From: Verrucomicrobiota bacterium
GTDB taxonomy: Bacteria > Verrucomicrobiota > Verrucomicrobiia > Limisphaerales > UBA1100
DNA length: 33,899 bases
Reading direction: 5' to 3'
Assembly: GCA_028872685.1 (NCBI GenBank)
Contig: JAPKEI010000002.1
Location: 1 to 33,899 of the forward strand
Under the pieces are notes generated by a model that was given only the letters and a program-made list of their open reading frames with translations, was not told where the DNA came from and searched no databases. Position 1 is the first letter of the stretch; each line of letters starts with the position of its first letter. This document shows positions 9,693-20,000 of the stretch, in pieces. A program made the translations under genes and the position numbers.

Positions 9693-9795
9693 TCGCCGCG
9701 TTGTTTAGCGTAAAAACAAGGCTGGGAAAAGGAAATTGGATTTACCGATCGCTTTTTGGGCTGACTCTGCAACTCATTTGCGGTAGTTTCACCTC

Positions 9796-10365
9796 ATGAA
9801 GGAGTGGATTTCAGACTACATCGCGGCCGAACGCAAGGCGCTCGATACCATCCCTGTGGACAAAGTCGCCGCAGCCATCGAGACGGTAAAGCAGGCGCTG
9901 CAAAATGACCGGCAAATTTTTGTGTTTGGCAATGGCGGAAGCGCGTCGAATTGTTCGCACTTTGCCACCGACCTCGGCAAAGGCTCGTCGGATTCGGTGG
10001 GCAAACGGTTCAAGGTTTTTTGTCTCAACGATAATGTCAGTTGGATGACCGCCATTGGCAATGATTACAGCTACGACGATATCTATCGCCGACAACTGGA
10101 AAATTATGGCCAACCTGGCGACGTGGTGCTGACGATGAGCGTGAGCGGTAGTTCGCCGAATCTCACCGCCGCGTGCGAGTGGGCGAAGGAAAAGGGGCTG
10201 CATATCATCGCCCTCATCGGCGGTAAGCGCGGTAAGCTCGCCGACCTCGCCGACAACTGCATCGTCATTGACGAAACCCACTACGGCCGCGCCGAGGATT
10301 GTCAGATGGGAATCGCCCATATGATTTGCTACGCCTTTATAGAAAACCCCGAGTGGGCAGAGTGA
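9796..10365 (+). CDS. gmhA: SIS-domain protein, phosphoheptose isomerase-like (GmhA/DiaA family)
   Basis: 189 aa. FGNGGSASNCSHFATDL, IGNDYSYDDIY and MSVSGSSPN match the GmhA pattern (E. coli CGNGGSHCDAMHFAEEL, VGNDFGFNDIF, ISTSGNSAN). Confidence 0.7.
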   Translation: MKEWISDYIAAERKALDTIPVDKVAAAIETVKQALQNDRQIFVFGNGGSASNCSHFATDLGKGSSDSVGKRFKVFCLNDNVSWMTAIGNDYSYDDIYRRQLENYGQPGDVVLTMSVSGSSPNLTAACEWAKEKGLHIIALIGGKRGKLADLADNCIVIDETHYGRAEDCQMGIAHMICYAFIENPEWAE

Positions 10366-10383
10366 TTTTTCCGGCAGCACATT

Positions 10384-11856
10384 ATGCCTGCCACAGACGC
10401 CATTCGCAGCAAGGTCAGCGAGCTGCCGCATAAACCCGGTATTTATCTAATGAAAGACCGGTTGGGCACGGTCATTTACGTGGGCAAAGCGCGCGACCTT
10501 CGCAAGCGCGTGAGCCAATATTTTCATCCCTCGCGCCGGATGGGTTGGGATGTGAAATTCCGCGCGCTGGTAGATGCCATTCACGATTTCGATGTGCACG
10601 CCGTAAAAGGCGAGGCCGAAGCATTGCTGCTTGAGAGCCGCCTCATCAAGCAATTCAAGCCGCGCTACAACATCAGTTTTCGCGATGATAAGCGCTACTT
10701 GATGCTCAAGGTGAATCTCAATGACCCGATCCCTCGATTTGCCCTCACGCGGCTGAAGATTGATGATAACGCGCGTTACTTTGGTCCCTTCCCCAGCGGC
10801 AGTGCCCTAAAGCGCACGCTGGACCTTGCGCGCCACAAGTTCAACCTGCGTGGCTGCAAACCTTTTACGCCCTCTGAGAACGATTACAAACATTGCCTCT
10901 ACGGCCACCTAGAAGTCTGCAGCGCGCCGTGCGTGGAGAAAGTCACGCGCGAGCAATACCGAATGCAGGTTGAAAACGCCTGCGATTTTCTGGATGGTGA
11001 ATGCACTGAAATTCTCGGCGAACTAGAGGCCGCGATGCACAAAGCTGCCGAGTCGCGTGACTACGAGCGTGCTGCCAAGTTGCGCGACCAAATCGACGCG
11101 CTCCGTGTCACCACCCGAAAAACCACGCGTTACCACCGCCTCCCGAACCAGTTGCCGCTCGCTATCGATCCTGACCGCGACTTGGCCCAACTCGCCGATG
11201 AGTTGGGCCTCACCGTGCCGCCCGCGCGCATTGAGGGCTTCGATATATCGAACATCAGCGGCACGTTTATGGTTGCCTCGATGGTTGTCTTCCGGAATGG
11301 CCGCCCCGCCAACGCCGAGTATCGCCGTTACAAGATGAAGGCCGTAAAATCACAGGATGATTTCGCCTGCATGGCCGAGGCGGTGTCCCGCCGTTATACA
11401 CGCCTCAAAAAGGAAAAGCGTCCGATGCCTAATCTCGTTCTTGTAGACGGCGGCAAAGGCCAACTCAACGCCGCCATTACCGAGCTTACGAAGCTGGGGT
11501 TATCGGAAATACTAACCATTGGGTTGGCTAAGGAATTCGAGGAAATTCACCGCTCGAATGAAACTGCGCCGTTGCGATTGGGTTTAGACAACGCTGCATT
11601 GAAACTCCTGCAACGGGTGCGCGATGAATCCCACCGTTTCGCCAACGCCTTCAACGCCGAGCTTCGCCTAAAGAAAATTTCCGAAAGCGTGCTAGATGAG
11701 TTCCCCGGCATCGGTGACAACCGCAAGGAATCATTGCTGAAACACTTTGGGAGTCTTCAAAGATTGCGCGAAGCGACTGTGGAGAAAATAATCGATGTGC
11801 CGGGGTTTGGCCGCAAGAGTGCTGAGGCGTTGCGGGAATATTTAGACGCCCGGTAG
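10384..11856 (+). CDS. uvrC: Excinuclease ABC subunit C (compact form)
   Basis: It has an N-terminal GIY-YIG nuclease (PGIYLMKD..GTVIYVGKA ... YNISFRDDKRY), a UVR motif (ESRDYERAAKLRDQIDALR), the C-terminal endonuclease motif IEGFDISN and a terminal tandem helix-hairpin-helix (FPGIGDNRKESLL...VPGFGRKSAEAL). Confidence 0.9.
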   Translation: MPATDAIRSKVSELPHKPGIYLMKDRLGTVIYVGKARDLRKRVSQYFHPSRRMGWDVKFRALVDAIHDFDVHAVKGEAEALLLESRLIKQFKPRYNISFRDDKRYLMLKVNLNDPIPRFALTRLKIDDNARYFGPFPSGSALKRTLDLARHKFNLRGCKPFTPSENDYKHCLYGHLEVCSAPCVEKVTREQYRMQVENACDFLDGECTEILGELEAAMHKAAESRDYERAAKLRDQIDALRVTTRKTTRYHRLPNQLPLAIDPDRDLAQLADELGLTVPPARIEGFDISNISGTFMVASMVVFRNGRPANAEYRRYKMKAVKSQDDFACMAEAVSRRYTRLKKEKRPMPNLVLVDGGKGQLNAAITELTKLGLSEILTIGLAKEFEEIHRSNETAPLRLGLDNAALKLLQRVRDESHRFANAFNAELRLKKISESVLDEFPGIGDNRKESLLKHFGSLQRLREATVEKIIDVPGFGRKSAEALREYLDAR

Positions 11857-11882
11857 GGACGGCGTTGCGTGTCTGCAAGAGC

Positions 11883-12689
11883 CTACCGAACGCGTTGCGC
11901 CCCCGCGTAAACATTCATCGTTTTTCCACGCACAAACCCAGCCAGCGTCTGCCGGCTGTCCTGTGCGAACTCAACCGCCAAGGACGAAGGTGCGGACACG
12001 GCGGCCACAATGGGAATGCGTGCGGCCAAGGCTTTCTGCATAATTTCAAACGAAGCGCGGCCGCTCACCAGCAGAATGCTCTGCGAAAGGTCGACTTGGT
12101 CAAGAAAGGCATTGCCGATGACTTTATCCACCGCATTGTGGCGCCCGACGTCTTCGCGGCTGACGGTGAGAAATCCGTCCATCGAAAACAACCCCGCCGC
12201 GTGCAAGCCCCCGGTTTGGTCGAAGGTTGGCTGCGCCACTCGCAATTTATCCGGTAGCGATGCCAGCATTTTGGCACTGACTTCTAATTGGTTTTCCACC
12301 GGTGGAAATTGTTGATGCACGCTCTCAATGCTCGCCTTCCCGCAGAGGCCACAACTGGAGCTGGCGAAAAAATGGCGTGTGAGTTGGCCGAAATCCACAT
12401 CCACTTCCGGTGTGAGAAACACATTCATTGTGTTGCCTAGTTGCGCTGCCTCGCCTTCGCGGCAATGGGCAATCTCGCTGACATCCTGTCGATGATGGAT
12501 AATGTTTTCCGTTACCAAAAACCCCGCGGCCAATTCCTCGTCGTGTCCCGGCGTGCGCATGGTTATGGCGATGCTTCGCCCACGCACACGGATTTCCAGC
12601 GGTTCTTCGGTAGCCACAGCATCAGATTCAGTTGGCTGAAGGCCTCCTTCTTTCCAGCGTTGAATTTTGACTGTTTTGGATTCCTGCAT
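11883..12689 (-). CDS. fdhD: Formate dehydrogenase accessory sulfurtransferase FdhD
   Basis: It contains the SSSCGLCGKASIE active-site loop and shows FdhD-like sequence throughout. ATG at 12689 (the track uses the TTG at 12692). It starts 3 nt after the stop of the catalytic subunit gene. Confidence 0.9.
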   Translation of the reverse strand: MQESKTVKIQRWKEGGLQPTESDAVATEEPLEIRVRGRSIAITMRTPGHDEELAAGFLVTENIIHHRQDVSEIAHCREGEAAQLGNTMNVFLTPEVDVDFGQLTRHFFASSSCGLCGKASIESVHQQFPPVENQLEVSAKMLASLPDKLRVAQPTFDQTGGLHAAGLFSMDGFLTVSREDVGRHNAVDKVIGNAFLDQVDLSQSILLVSGRASFEIMQKALAARIPIVAAVSAPSSLAVEFAQDSRQTLAGFVRGKTMNVYAGAQRVR

Positions 12690-12692
12690 CAA

Positions 12693-15410
12693 TTAGTCCT
12701 CCGCTGGTTCTACGCGCACGGCGCAAACTTTTAGCTCGGCGGTTTCAGTGATGGGATCGTAGCCGGAGCCGGTGAGGATGTTCACGGGCACGTCGTTGAA
12801 ACTAAAGCTACAAAACACCGTGCCGGGCGGCGACTGGTCGGAAGCGCGCACGCGGATTTTTACGGTGCCACGGCGGCTTGTGAGGTTGGCGAAACCGCCG
12901 TCGGTTAGTTGTAATTTAACGACGTCGCTCGGGTGCACCTCGAGCGATTCTTCAGAAAGTAAATAATCGATGCCCGCCGAACGGCCAGTCTGGGTGCGAG
13001 TGTGGTAGGCTTGCAGCCGGCGACCGGTGGTGAGCCACACGGGGTAATCTTCGTCCACCACCTCGGCGGGGTCACGGTATTTAACGAGGCTGAACAGACC
13101 ACGGCCATTTTTGAATTCGCCCTCGTGCAGTATCGGCGTGCCGGGATGGTCTTTTTCCGGCACGGGCCACTGGTACTCGGCGTTTTCGATGCGGTCCCAA
13201 TCAAGCCCCGTATAGATGGGCGAAAGTCCGCAGACTTCATTGAACACATCCTTAGCAGATTCATATTCAAAACCAGGAATGCCGAGCCTTTGAGCGATTT
13301 GGGAAACAATCCACCAGTCCGGCCGGGCCTCGCCTTGCGGCGGCACAGCTTGACGCAGCCGTTGCACACGACGTTCAGTGTTGACGCACACGCCATCGGT
13401 TTCCCCAAAGGCAGTGGCGGGCAAAACTACATCCGCCAGCTCGGCGGTTTCAGTGCGGAAAATATCTATGAGCACCAAGTGGTCCAGTGATTCCAGAGAG
13501 TGCTGGCAATGGGCACGATCGGGGTCGGACACCAGTGTGTTTTCGCCATTGATGATCATCGCGTGAATGGACTTGCCGCATTCGTTCAGCGCGGTGACTT
13601 TGGTGATGCCTTTTTCCGAATCGATTTCTCGGCCATAAAGTTTGCTGAATTTTTCCTGATTGGCCGGATCATTCACAGGTTGAAAACCGGGGTAATTGGC
13701 CGGCACCGCGCCGGAATCGCCCGCGCCTTGAATATTGTTCTGCCCGCGCATCGGGTTAATACCCGTGCCTTCGCGCCCGAGGTTGCCGGTCATCAAGGCG
13801 AGATTGCAAAGACTCTGTACGTTGTCCACGCCGCAAATGTGCTCGGTGATGCCGAGCGTGTAATAGATCGCCCCCCGATCGGCTGCGCCATACATTCGCG
13901 CAGCTTTTTCGATGTCTGCCGGATTAAGGCCGGTGATTTCGGCGGCCCATTCGGGAGTGAAGGGTTTGAGGTGTTCAAGAAATTCATCGGCACCTTTCGT
14001 GCGTTCGGCGATGAATTCGTTGTCCGCCAAACCGTCACGGGCAATCACGTGCGCCATGCCGAGGAGAAGGGCGACATCCGAGCCCACGCGCAGCGGCAAA
14101 TAAAGATGCGCTATACCCGCGAGCGGGATTTTGCGCGGGTCAGCAACAATCATTTTCGCGCCGCGCTGGAGTGCCTGTTTGATGCGCGTGGCGGCCACCG
14201 GGTGGCACTCAGTCATATTGGTGCCGATGCAGAAAAACACGTCCGGCTTGTCCATGTCCGAGAGGGGGTTGGACATAGCTCCGCGGCCGATGGTGGCCGC
14301 CAGACCGGCGACCGTGGGGGCGTGTCAAGCACGGCTACAATTATCAATCTGATTCGTGCCGAATCCCGCACGAATAAATTTTTGCATCGTGTAAGCCGCC
14401 TCGTTCGGCGCGCGTCCAGAAGCGACGCCGTATACTGCATGGCGGCCGTGTTTCTTTAGCACTTTACGAAAACCCTCAGCGGCCCGGTCCAACGCGATAT
14501 TCCAATCCACTTCGTGCAGTTCGCCATCGTCGCCTCGCACGAGTGGTTTAGTGAGGCGGTCTTCGTGTTGCACAAAGTCGAAAGCAAATTGACCTTTGAT
14601 GCACAGCGCGCCCTCATTAGCGGGGCCGTCCATCGCTGGTTGGATGCCGACCAGTCGATCCTCTTTGGAAAGTAAATCAACTTGGCAACCGACGCCGCAG
14701 TAGGGGCATACGGAGCGGGTTTTTTCCAGCTCACCCGGCAGCGATTCGGCGCGCATCGCCTTGCGGTCGCCCAGTGCGCCGGTGGGGCAGGTTTGCACGC
14801 ATTGGCCGCAAAACGTACAGGCGCTGTCTTTGAGGCGATTGTTGAACTCTGTCGTGATTTGGGTTTCAAACCCGCGATTCATCATCGTGATGGCGTAGTC
14901 GCCCTCCTGTTCGGCACACACGCGAACGCAGCGGTAGCAGGAAATACAGTGGTCGTAATCACGCAGGATGAATGGATTGTCGTCGCCGTTGGAGGTGCCG
15001 GATTGCTGCCCTTGAAAACGTCCCGGTTGCACGTCGTTTTTGCAGAGCAACTCATTCAATTCCTGTGAAGCAAACCCGCGTAAAGGGTTGATGGTCGCTT
15101 CGGGGTTTTCCGAAGCGACTAACTCAAGCAAAGTGCGGCGATGCTTCTTAATGGCCTCGGTGCTTGTGTGAACCACCATGCCGGCCTCGGCGGGTGTCGT
15201 GCAGGAGGCGACGGGGTTGCGCGCGCCTTCCAATTGCACAACGCACAAACGACACGCACCGAAGGCTTCGAGGCGTTTATCGTAACATAGCGTGGGCACC
15301 TCGCGCCCGGCGCGTTGTGCGACCTCATAAATCGTCTCGCCTTCGTGGAATGACACTTCCGTATCGTCCAATATGAGCGTGTGCGTTTGTGCTTCGGCCG
15401 TAGCGTTCAT
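12693..15410 (-). CDS. fdhA: Formate dehydrogenase catalytic (alpha) subunit, selenocysteine-containing, with an N-terminal Fe-S domain
   Basis: This is a fusion of track ORFs 14325..15521 (probable start at ATG 15410, MNATAEAQ...) and 12693..14276 through an in-frame TGA at 14325-14327. The context is IDNCSRA-U-HAPTVAGL. It has an N-terminal 2Fe-2S-type Cys pattern, ferredoxin-like CxxCxxCxxxC clusters (HCISCYRCVRVC, CTFCGQCVQTCP), CPYCGVGC and a molybdopterin oxidoreductase body. The predicted product is 905 aa. Confidence 0.9.
14280..14327 (-). promoter_or_regulatory. UGA(Sec) codon plus bacterial SECIS stem-loop
   Basis: The minus strand reads UGA CACGCCCCCAC GGUCGCC GGUCU GGCGGCC. The hairpin (14313..14295) starts 11 nt after the UGA and has a 7-bp stem (one G-U pair) and a GGUCU apical loop. 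As I recall it, the E. coli fdhF SECIS has the same spacing and loop. Confidence 0.75.
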
Positions 15411-15424
15411 TCCGTGAATTGTCG

Positions 15425-17098
15425 TTATCGGGAAACTGATTGCAAGTGCGCGGCGACTTGTTCTGGAAAATATTTTTGCAAACTGCGTGTTATATTGGGC
15501 GCGGCCATACCTAGGCCGCAAGCGCTGGTGGCCATCATTGTGTCGCCGATGTCATCAACTTCGGTGTGCCACTCTGATTCTGTGGCGGGGCCGCCGCTTC
15601 CGTTGAGGCGTTCAGTGAGTCGGTGGGTGCCGATGCGGCACGGGAAACATTTACCACAGGATTCTTCCGCAAAAAACGCCATAGCATTGTGGGCCACATC
15701 CACCATATTTCGGCGGTCATCAAAAACCATAATGCCCGCCGCGCCGAGAAACGCGCCTTTTGAACGGATGGAAGGCTCGTCGAGTGTGACTTCATCAAGG
15801 TCGCTGCCGCCGAGGAATCCGCCGGATAACCCCGCCATGCTAACGGCTTGAATGGATTGTCCCGAAGGTGGGCCGCCGGCCCAATCGTGCAGAAGCGTTT
15901 TCAGTGGCAGACCAAAAGGCACCTCGTAATTCCCGGGCCGTTGAATGTCGCCTGAAAGGCTGACTGCTTTGGTTCCCACGTGTTCGCCGAGGCCAAGCGA
16001 TTGGTACCAATCCGCGCCGTGCTTTACGATGGGGGGCGCTGCGGAGAAGGTCTCGACGTTGTTGACCACCGTGGGCAAATCCTCGAACCCGTGGGTGACG
16101 GGGAAGGGCGGGCGATTGCGCGGGAAGGGGTGCTTGCCTTCGAGGCTGTTAAGCAACGAGCCTTCCTCGCCGCAAATGTATGCGCCTGCGCCGCGCCGAA
16201 TATAAATTTCAAAATCGAACCCCGCTTTGCCACCGATGTTTTGGCCGAGCAATCCCGTGTCTTTGGCTTCCGCGATGGCGCGTTCGAGGATACGCATCGT
16301 GTCCGGATATTCGTAGCGCAAGTAGATGAACCCGCGTGTCGCGCCAGTGGCGTACGCAGCGAGAATCATGCCCTCCAACGTGGCGTGTGGGTCGTAGTCG
16401 AGCAACGTGCGATCCTTGAAGCAGCCTGGCTCACCTTCGTCCGCGTTGCACACAATCGTTTTTGGATTGCCCTCCGCTTGAGCGACCATCTCCCATTTTT
16501 TGCCAGTGGGGAATCCCGCCCCCCCACGACCAGCGAGTTTGCTTTCGCTGATGAGCGCCACCAAATTTTCTGGAAAATCGCACAGCGCTTTTTTGAGGGC
16601 CGCGTAACCGCCTGTTTTTTGGTAGCCCTCAATGGTGGCGCGCCCCTCCTCACGGATATGGGCGAATACGCATTCTTCAATCCCGCCAGGATTGGGCGGC
16701 GGCAAGGGTGAGGGCAACGGCTTCAAACTGTTTGCATCGGAGCCGATGAGCACTTCGTTCCCTTGGAGCACGGGCACGGGGCTGTCGCACCGACCGGCGC
16801 AGGGCATGGGTTTGGCGTTCAACGCGTCCAGTAAATTTTCCGTCCCGCGAAAGCGGCAGACGGGGCCATCGCATACACGCGGTTTGCTTTGCCCGTTTTC
16901 TTCGCGGGAAAAGTGGTGGTAAAAAGTAACCGTGCCGAACAGCTCGGCCAGAGGAATTTTCAGTGCATCGGAAACACAGCGCAAAGCGTTCTCGGTAAGG
17001 TAGCTATCGCGATTCTGAAACGCGTGTAGTAATGGCAGAAGAGGTGCCGGTTCCTTGCGCCATTGGTTGACTAATTCCGTGTCGGTATCCCGGCTCAC
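15425..17098 (-). CDS. Formate dehydrogenase diaphorase subunit: NuoE-like [2Fe-2S] domain fused to a NuoF-like FMN/NAD(H)/[4Fe-4S] domain
   Basis: The N-terminal ~130 aa carry CDGPVC...CAGRC (NuoE/FdsG-like). The rest carries GRGGAGFPTGKKW (FMN site), YICGEEGSLLNSLEGK (NADH site) and ESCGKCFPCR...ACGLG (4Fe-4S). The GTG start at 17098 overlaps the stop of the upstream gene (GTGA). Confidence 0.85.
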   Translation of the reverse strand: MSRDTDTELVNQWRKEPAPLLPLLHAFQNRDSYLTENALRCVSDALKIPLAELFGTVTFYHHFSREENGQSKPRVCDGPVCRFRGTENLLDALNAKPMPCAGRCDSPVPVLQGNEVLIGSDANSLKPLPSPLPPPNPGGIEECVFAHIREEGRATIEGYQKTGGYAALKKALCDFPENLVALISESKLAGRGGAGFPTGKKWEMVAQAEGNPKTIVCNADEGEPGCFKDRTLLDYDPHATLEGMILAAYATGATRGFIYLRYEYPDTMRILERAIAEAKDTGLLGQNIGGKAGFDFEIYIRRGAGAYICGEEGSLLNSLEGKHPFPRNRPPFPVTHGFEDLPTVVNNVETFSAAPPIVKHGADWYQSLGLGEHVGTKAVSLSGDIQRPGNYEVPFGLPLKTLLHDWAGGPPSGQSIQAVSMAGLSGGFLGGSDLDEVTLDEPSIRSKGAFLGAAGIMVFDDRRNMVDVAHNAMAFFAEESCGKCFPCRIGTHRLTERLNGSGGPATESEWHTEVDDIGDTMMATSACGLGMAAPNITRSLQKYFPEQVAAHLQSVSR

Positions 17099-20000
17099 GG
17101 TTTCTGCGCAGTGGTTTTGGGTTGTAATAGTTCCAGTGCTTTATCGAGTTGAGGGTCTTTTCCGGTCAGCCACTCATCGGGTGTTATCCACACGCGTACA
17201 TCGGGTTTTTCGCCGTTGTTTTCCATGTTGGAGCCGTCCATTCGATATACGGCTTTGCCCGGGATGCGTGCTTTAAAGCCGCCGGGCAGCGAGAAGCCAG
17301 AGGTCCAAATTACGTAGCCCGGTGTGGCGATACCAACTAATTTTTCAGTGAGACCCCGCTGTCGCATTGCGTAGGGGAACATCTCGCCATTGGAGTAGCT
17401 ATGTTCATTCATCAGAACAATTACCGGTTTGTTCCATGCGCGTTCGGGAGCCACCTCGGGTGATTGGTCGCGTGATTGATAAATGCCGTGGGGCTTGCGC
17501 TCCAGCCAATCAATGAGTGTATCGGAAATGTTGCCACCGCGATTGTTGCGAACATCAAAAATCATCGCGTCTTTACCGAGGATGTATTCGTAGGCTTCGC
17601 GTTCGAAACGGGTTTGGTCAGGGGAACTCATCGCAGCAATGTGCAGATAGCCAATTTTTCCTTTGCTGGCGGTCTCCACATTGCGGCGAGCAACAGCTAC
17701 CTGGTTTTGATACATTAAATCACTCCAGTCGGTTTGCGACAAAAGCTGGCAGCGCACTTTGCGCGATCCGTCTTTTTGCGGTTTATCGTTCACTAAAAAC
17801 TCAACCATGCGATCTTCGCGGGCGTTGAGCAGGCTGTAAAGGCGCTCATTGGCGTCTACCATCGAGCCGTCGATAGCGATGATAAATTCTCCGGGCTTAA
17901 TGCGTGTTTTTTCAAAAGACCCAGGCGCACCCTTGGGGACTGAATTGACTTTCAACCCTAATCCGTGATGAGAATGATCGATAGTAAATCCAAGGTGCGG
18001 TGTGCTCGGTTTGGAGGCGGGCGAGGGTGGCGAGATCTCTGTGTGTGACGCTTCTAATTCACCCACCATCATTTGAAGAAGTGTTGAAAATTCCATCGGC
18101 GTATCCACGCTGCCCATGCGCTTGAGATATTTTATGCGCAGTGCGTCCCAGTCGCGCCCATGAAAATTGGCGTCATAAAATCGGTGGTGAAAAGTCTTCC
18201 AAAACTCATTAAATGCCGCCATGCGTTCGGCGTTCACGTCGTGCACCCAGTCAGCTTTGAATGTAATTTTGGTTTCCGGGCCTCCGTCAATCCTGCCGAC
18301 GTACATTTCGCCGCCTTTCATAAAGGTTGTTTTACGACCATCGCTCATTACCCGAAACGCAGCGCGGCGACCGCCGGTCGTGATTTTTTTTGTTTCACGG
18401 CCATCGTATGACACGCGATAGATGTCACCGCGGGCCAGAAAGTAGAGCTGTCCGTCATTGGCTGCGATGAGGTCTGAACTCGGGTTTTGCGAAGACATTC
18501 GGGTTATTCGTTGGTGGATTCCATCGAAATCGATTTCCACTTTCACGGGCTTGGCGGGTTTTGTGAATTTCATGTCCATGTCTGATTTCCGGAATGCATC
18601 GGGTTTCAGTGCGAGTCGATATAGCCCTTCTCCATCGCGGTTGCTTTGAAAGTAGAGGTATTTTCCATCCACTGACCACGTGGGGTCACTGTGGAACGCG
18701 TTGAGGCGAGTGACGTTGACCGGCTTGCCGCCGTCGGCAGGGACTATCCAAATGTTGAAGGAACTGCTTCCGGTGCGTGTCGTGTATGCGATCCACTGGT
18801 TGTCGGGTGACCATTCATATTCCACTCCGCCACGACCGCGCACATGGGTGCCGGGAAGTTTGACGATGGTTTTGAGTTTGTCATCTGCCAGAGTGAGTCG
18901 TTGTAATCCGCCGTCAGGTCCGGCCATCCAGAAGAAAAGATGCTTGCCGTCTGGGGAAAGTCGCAGACGAACCACATCCTCATTGCGATTCCAAAGGGGT
19001 CGCAGTTTTTGAGTTTCCAAATTGAGTTCGTAAATGCGGGTGTTGTTTTCGCGGTCGGATGTGAAATAGATTTTCTTACTATCTTTGGCCCAAGAAAAAT
19101 CTGAGTCATCGCCGGGCCAACGCGTGAGGCGGCGTGCTCGCCCAGCGGTTTCACGGGCCACTCCAGAGGGTTTGGTAATGGGGATTTGCCAAATATCACC
19201 TTTGAGGCCAAAAATCATACTCTTCCCATCGGGTGCTGGCTCGGCTTCAGTCACGCCCTCCTCAAGAGTTTCGCGGCGGCGCTGGCTTTGTTTGTGGTCG
19301 GTGAGAACAATTAAAGAAACCGGTCGTGCATCAGTGCGGCCTTTTGTGAGCATCCAAATTTGATCTTTATATTCGAAGGCAATGTCACCCGTACGCGCAG
19401 CCACTGAAGGGTAGCGGACGCTATCGCCAGTAAAGTGGGTTAACTGTTTTGCTTCACCCTTGGCGTCAACGATCCAGAGGTTGGGTGTGCGCTTTTCATT
19501 GTCAGTGTTTTTCCCGCGCTTTTCATTTAGCTTAGGCGCAGAGGGTGTGGCTTCGCCGGTCGTGACAGTCAGTAATTTTCCGTCGGGTAGAAATTGGGTA
19601 AACAGATGCTGATGGCCAGTTCCACGAACTCTTTCCCGTTCTTTCGTGGCGAGATTAAGGGTCCATATTTCAGACGCTGCCGAGCCGGTGTAGCGAGGCC
19701 GATACCATGGCATTCCGTATCGTCCATAGACCATTGTTTTGCCATCGGGAGACCAGCGCGGGTACCGCATAGGGGCGTAATCTTCGCAGAGTAGCTCAGA
19801 TCGAAACGTGGATACATCTACTGTGTACAGGCCATACCTCGGACTGTCGCGGCGAGCGGTGAAACAAATTCGACTGCTATCAGCGTTCCAGCCGAAGGGG
19901 AGTTCAGAACCGCTGTGCCAAGTCAGTTGTCGTGCTCCGCCACCAAGAGCGGGAATCACAAACACATCCCACTGCCCGTGCCGGCGACTGCCAAAGGCAA

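Noticed and set aside
9693-9795. A possible T-box or other thrS leader riboswitch/operator in the thrS-gmhA divergent spacer.
   Set aside because: The spacer is only 103 nt and is shared by two divergent promoters. That is too short for a T-box leader, and I saw no specifier or antiterminator-like structure.
13500-14459. Long antisense or overlapping ORFs opposite well-supported genes: 13500..14459, 8232..9008, 9102..9713, 9811..10431, 15980..16711, 24005..24652, 6217..7068, 2292..2909, 25554..25997 and others.
   Set aside because: Each lies opposite, or out of frame with, a gene that has strong family motifs. Their translations are R/A/G/H-rich, as expected for non-coding frames of GC-rich coding DNA. 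No motifs were recognised.
12693-15521. The track ORFs 14325..15521 and 12693..14276 read as two separate genes, or as a formate dehydrogenase pseudogene broken by a stop codon.
   Set aside because: The stop is a TGA exactly at the conserved Sec/Cys position. It is in frame with the downstream ORF and is followed by a SECIS-like hairpin. Selenocysteine recoding is the simpler explanation.
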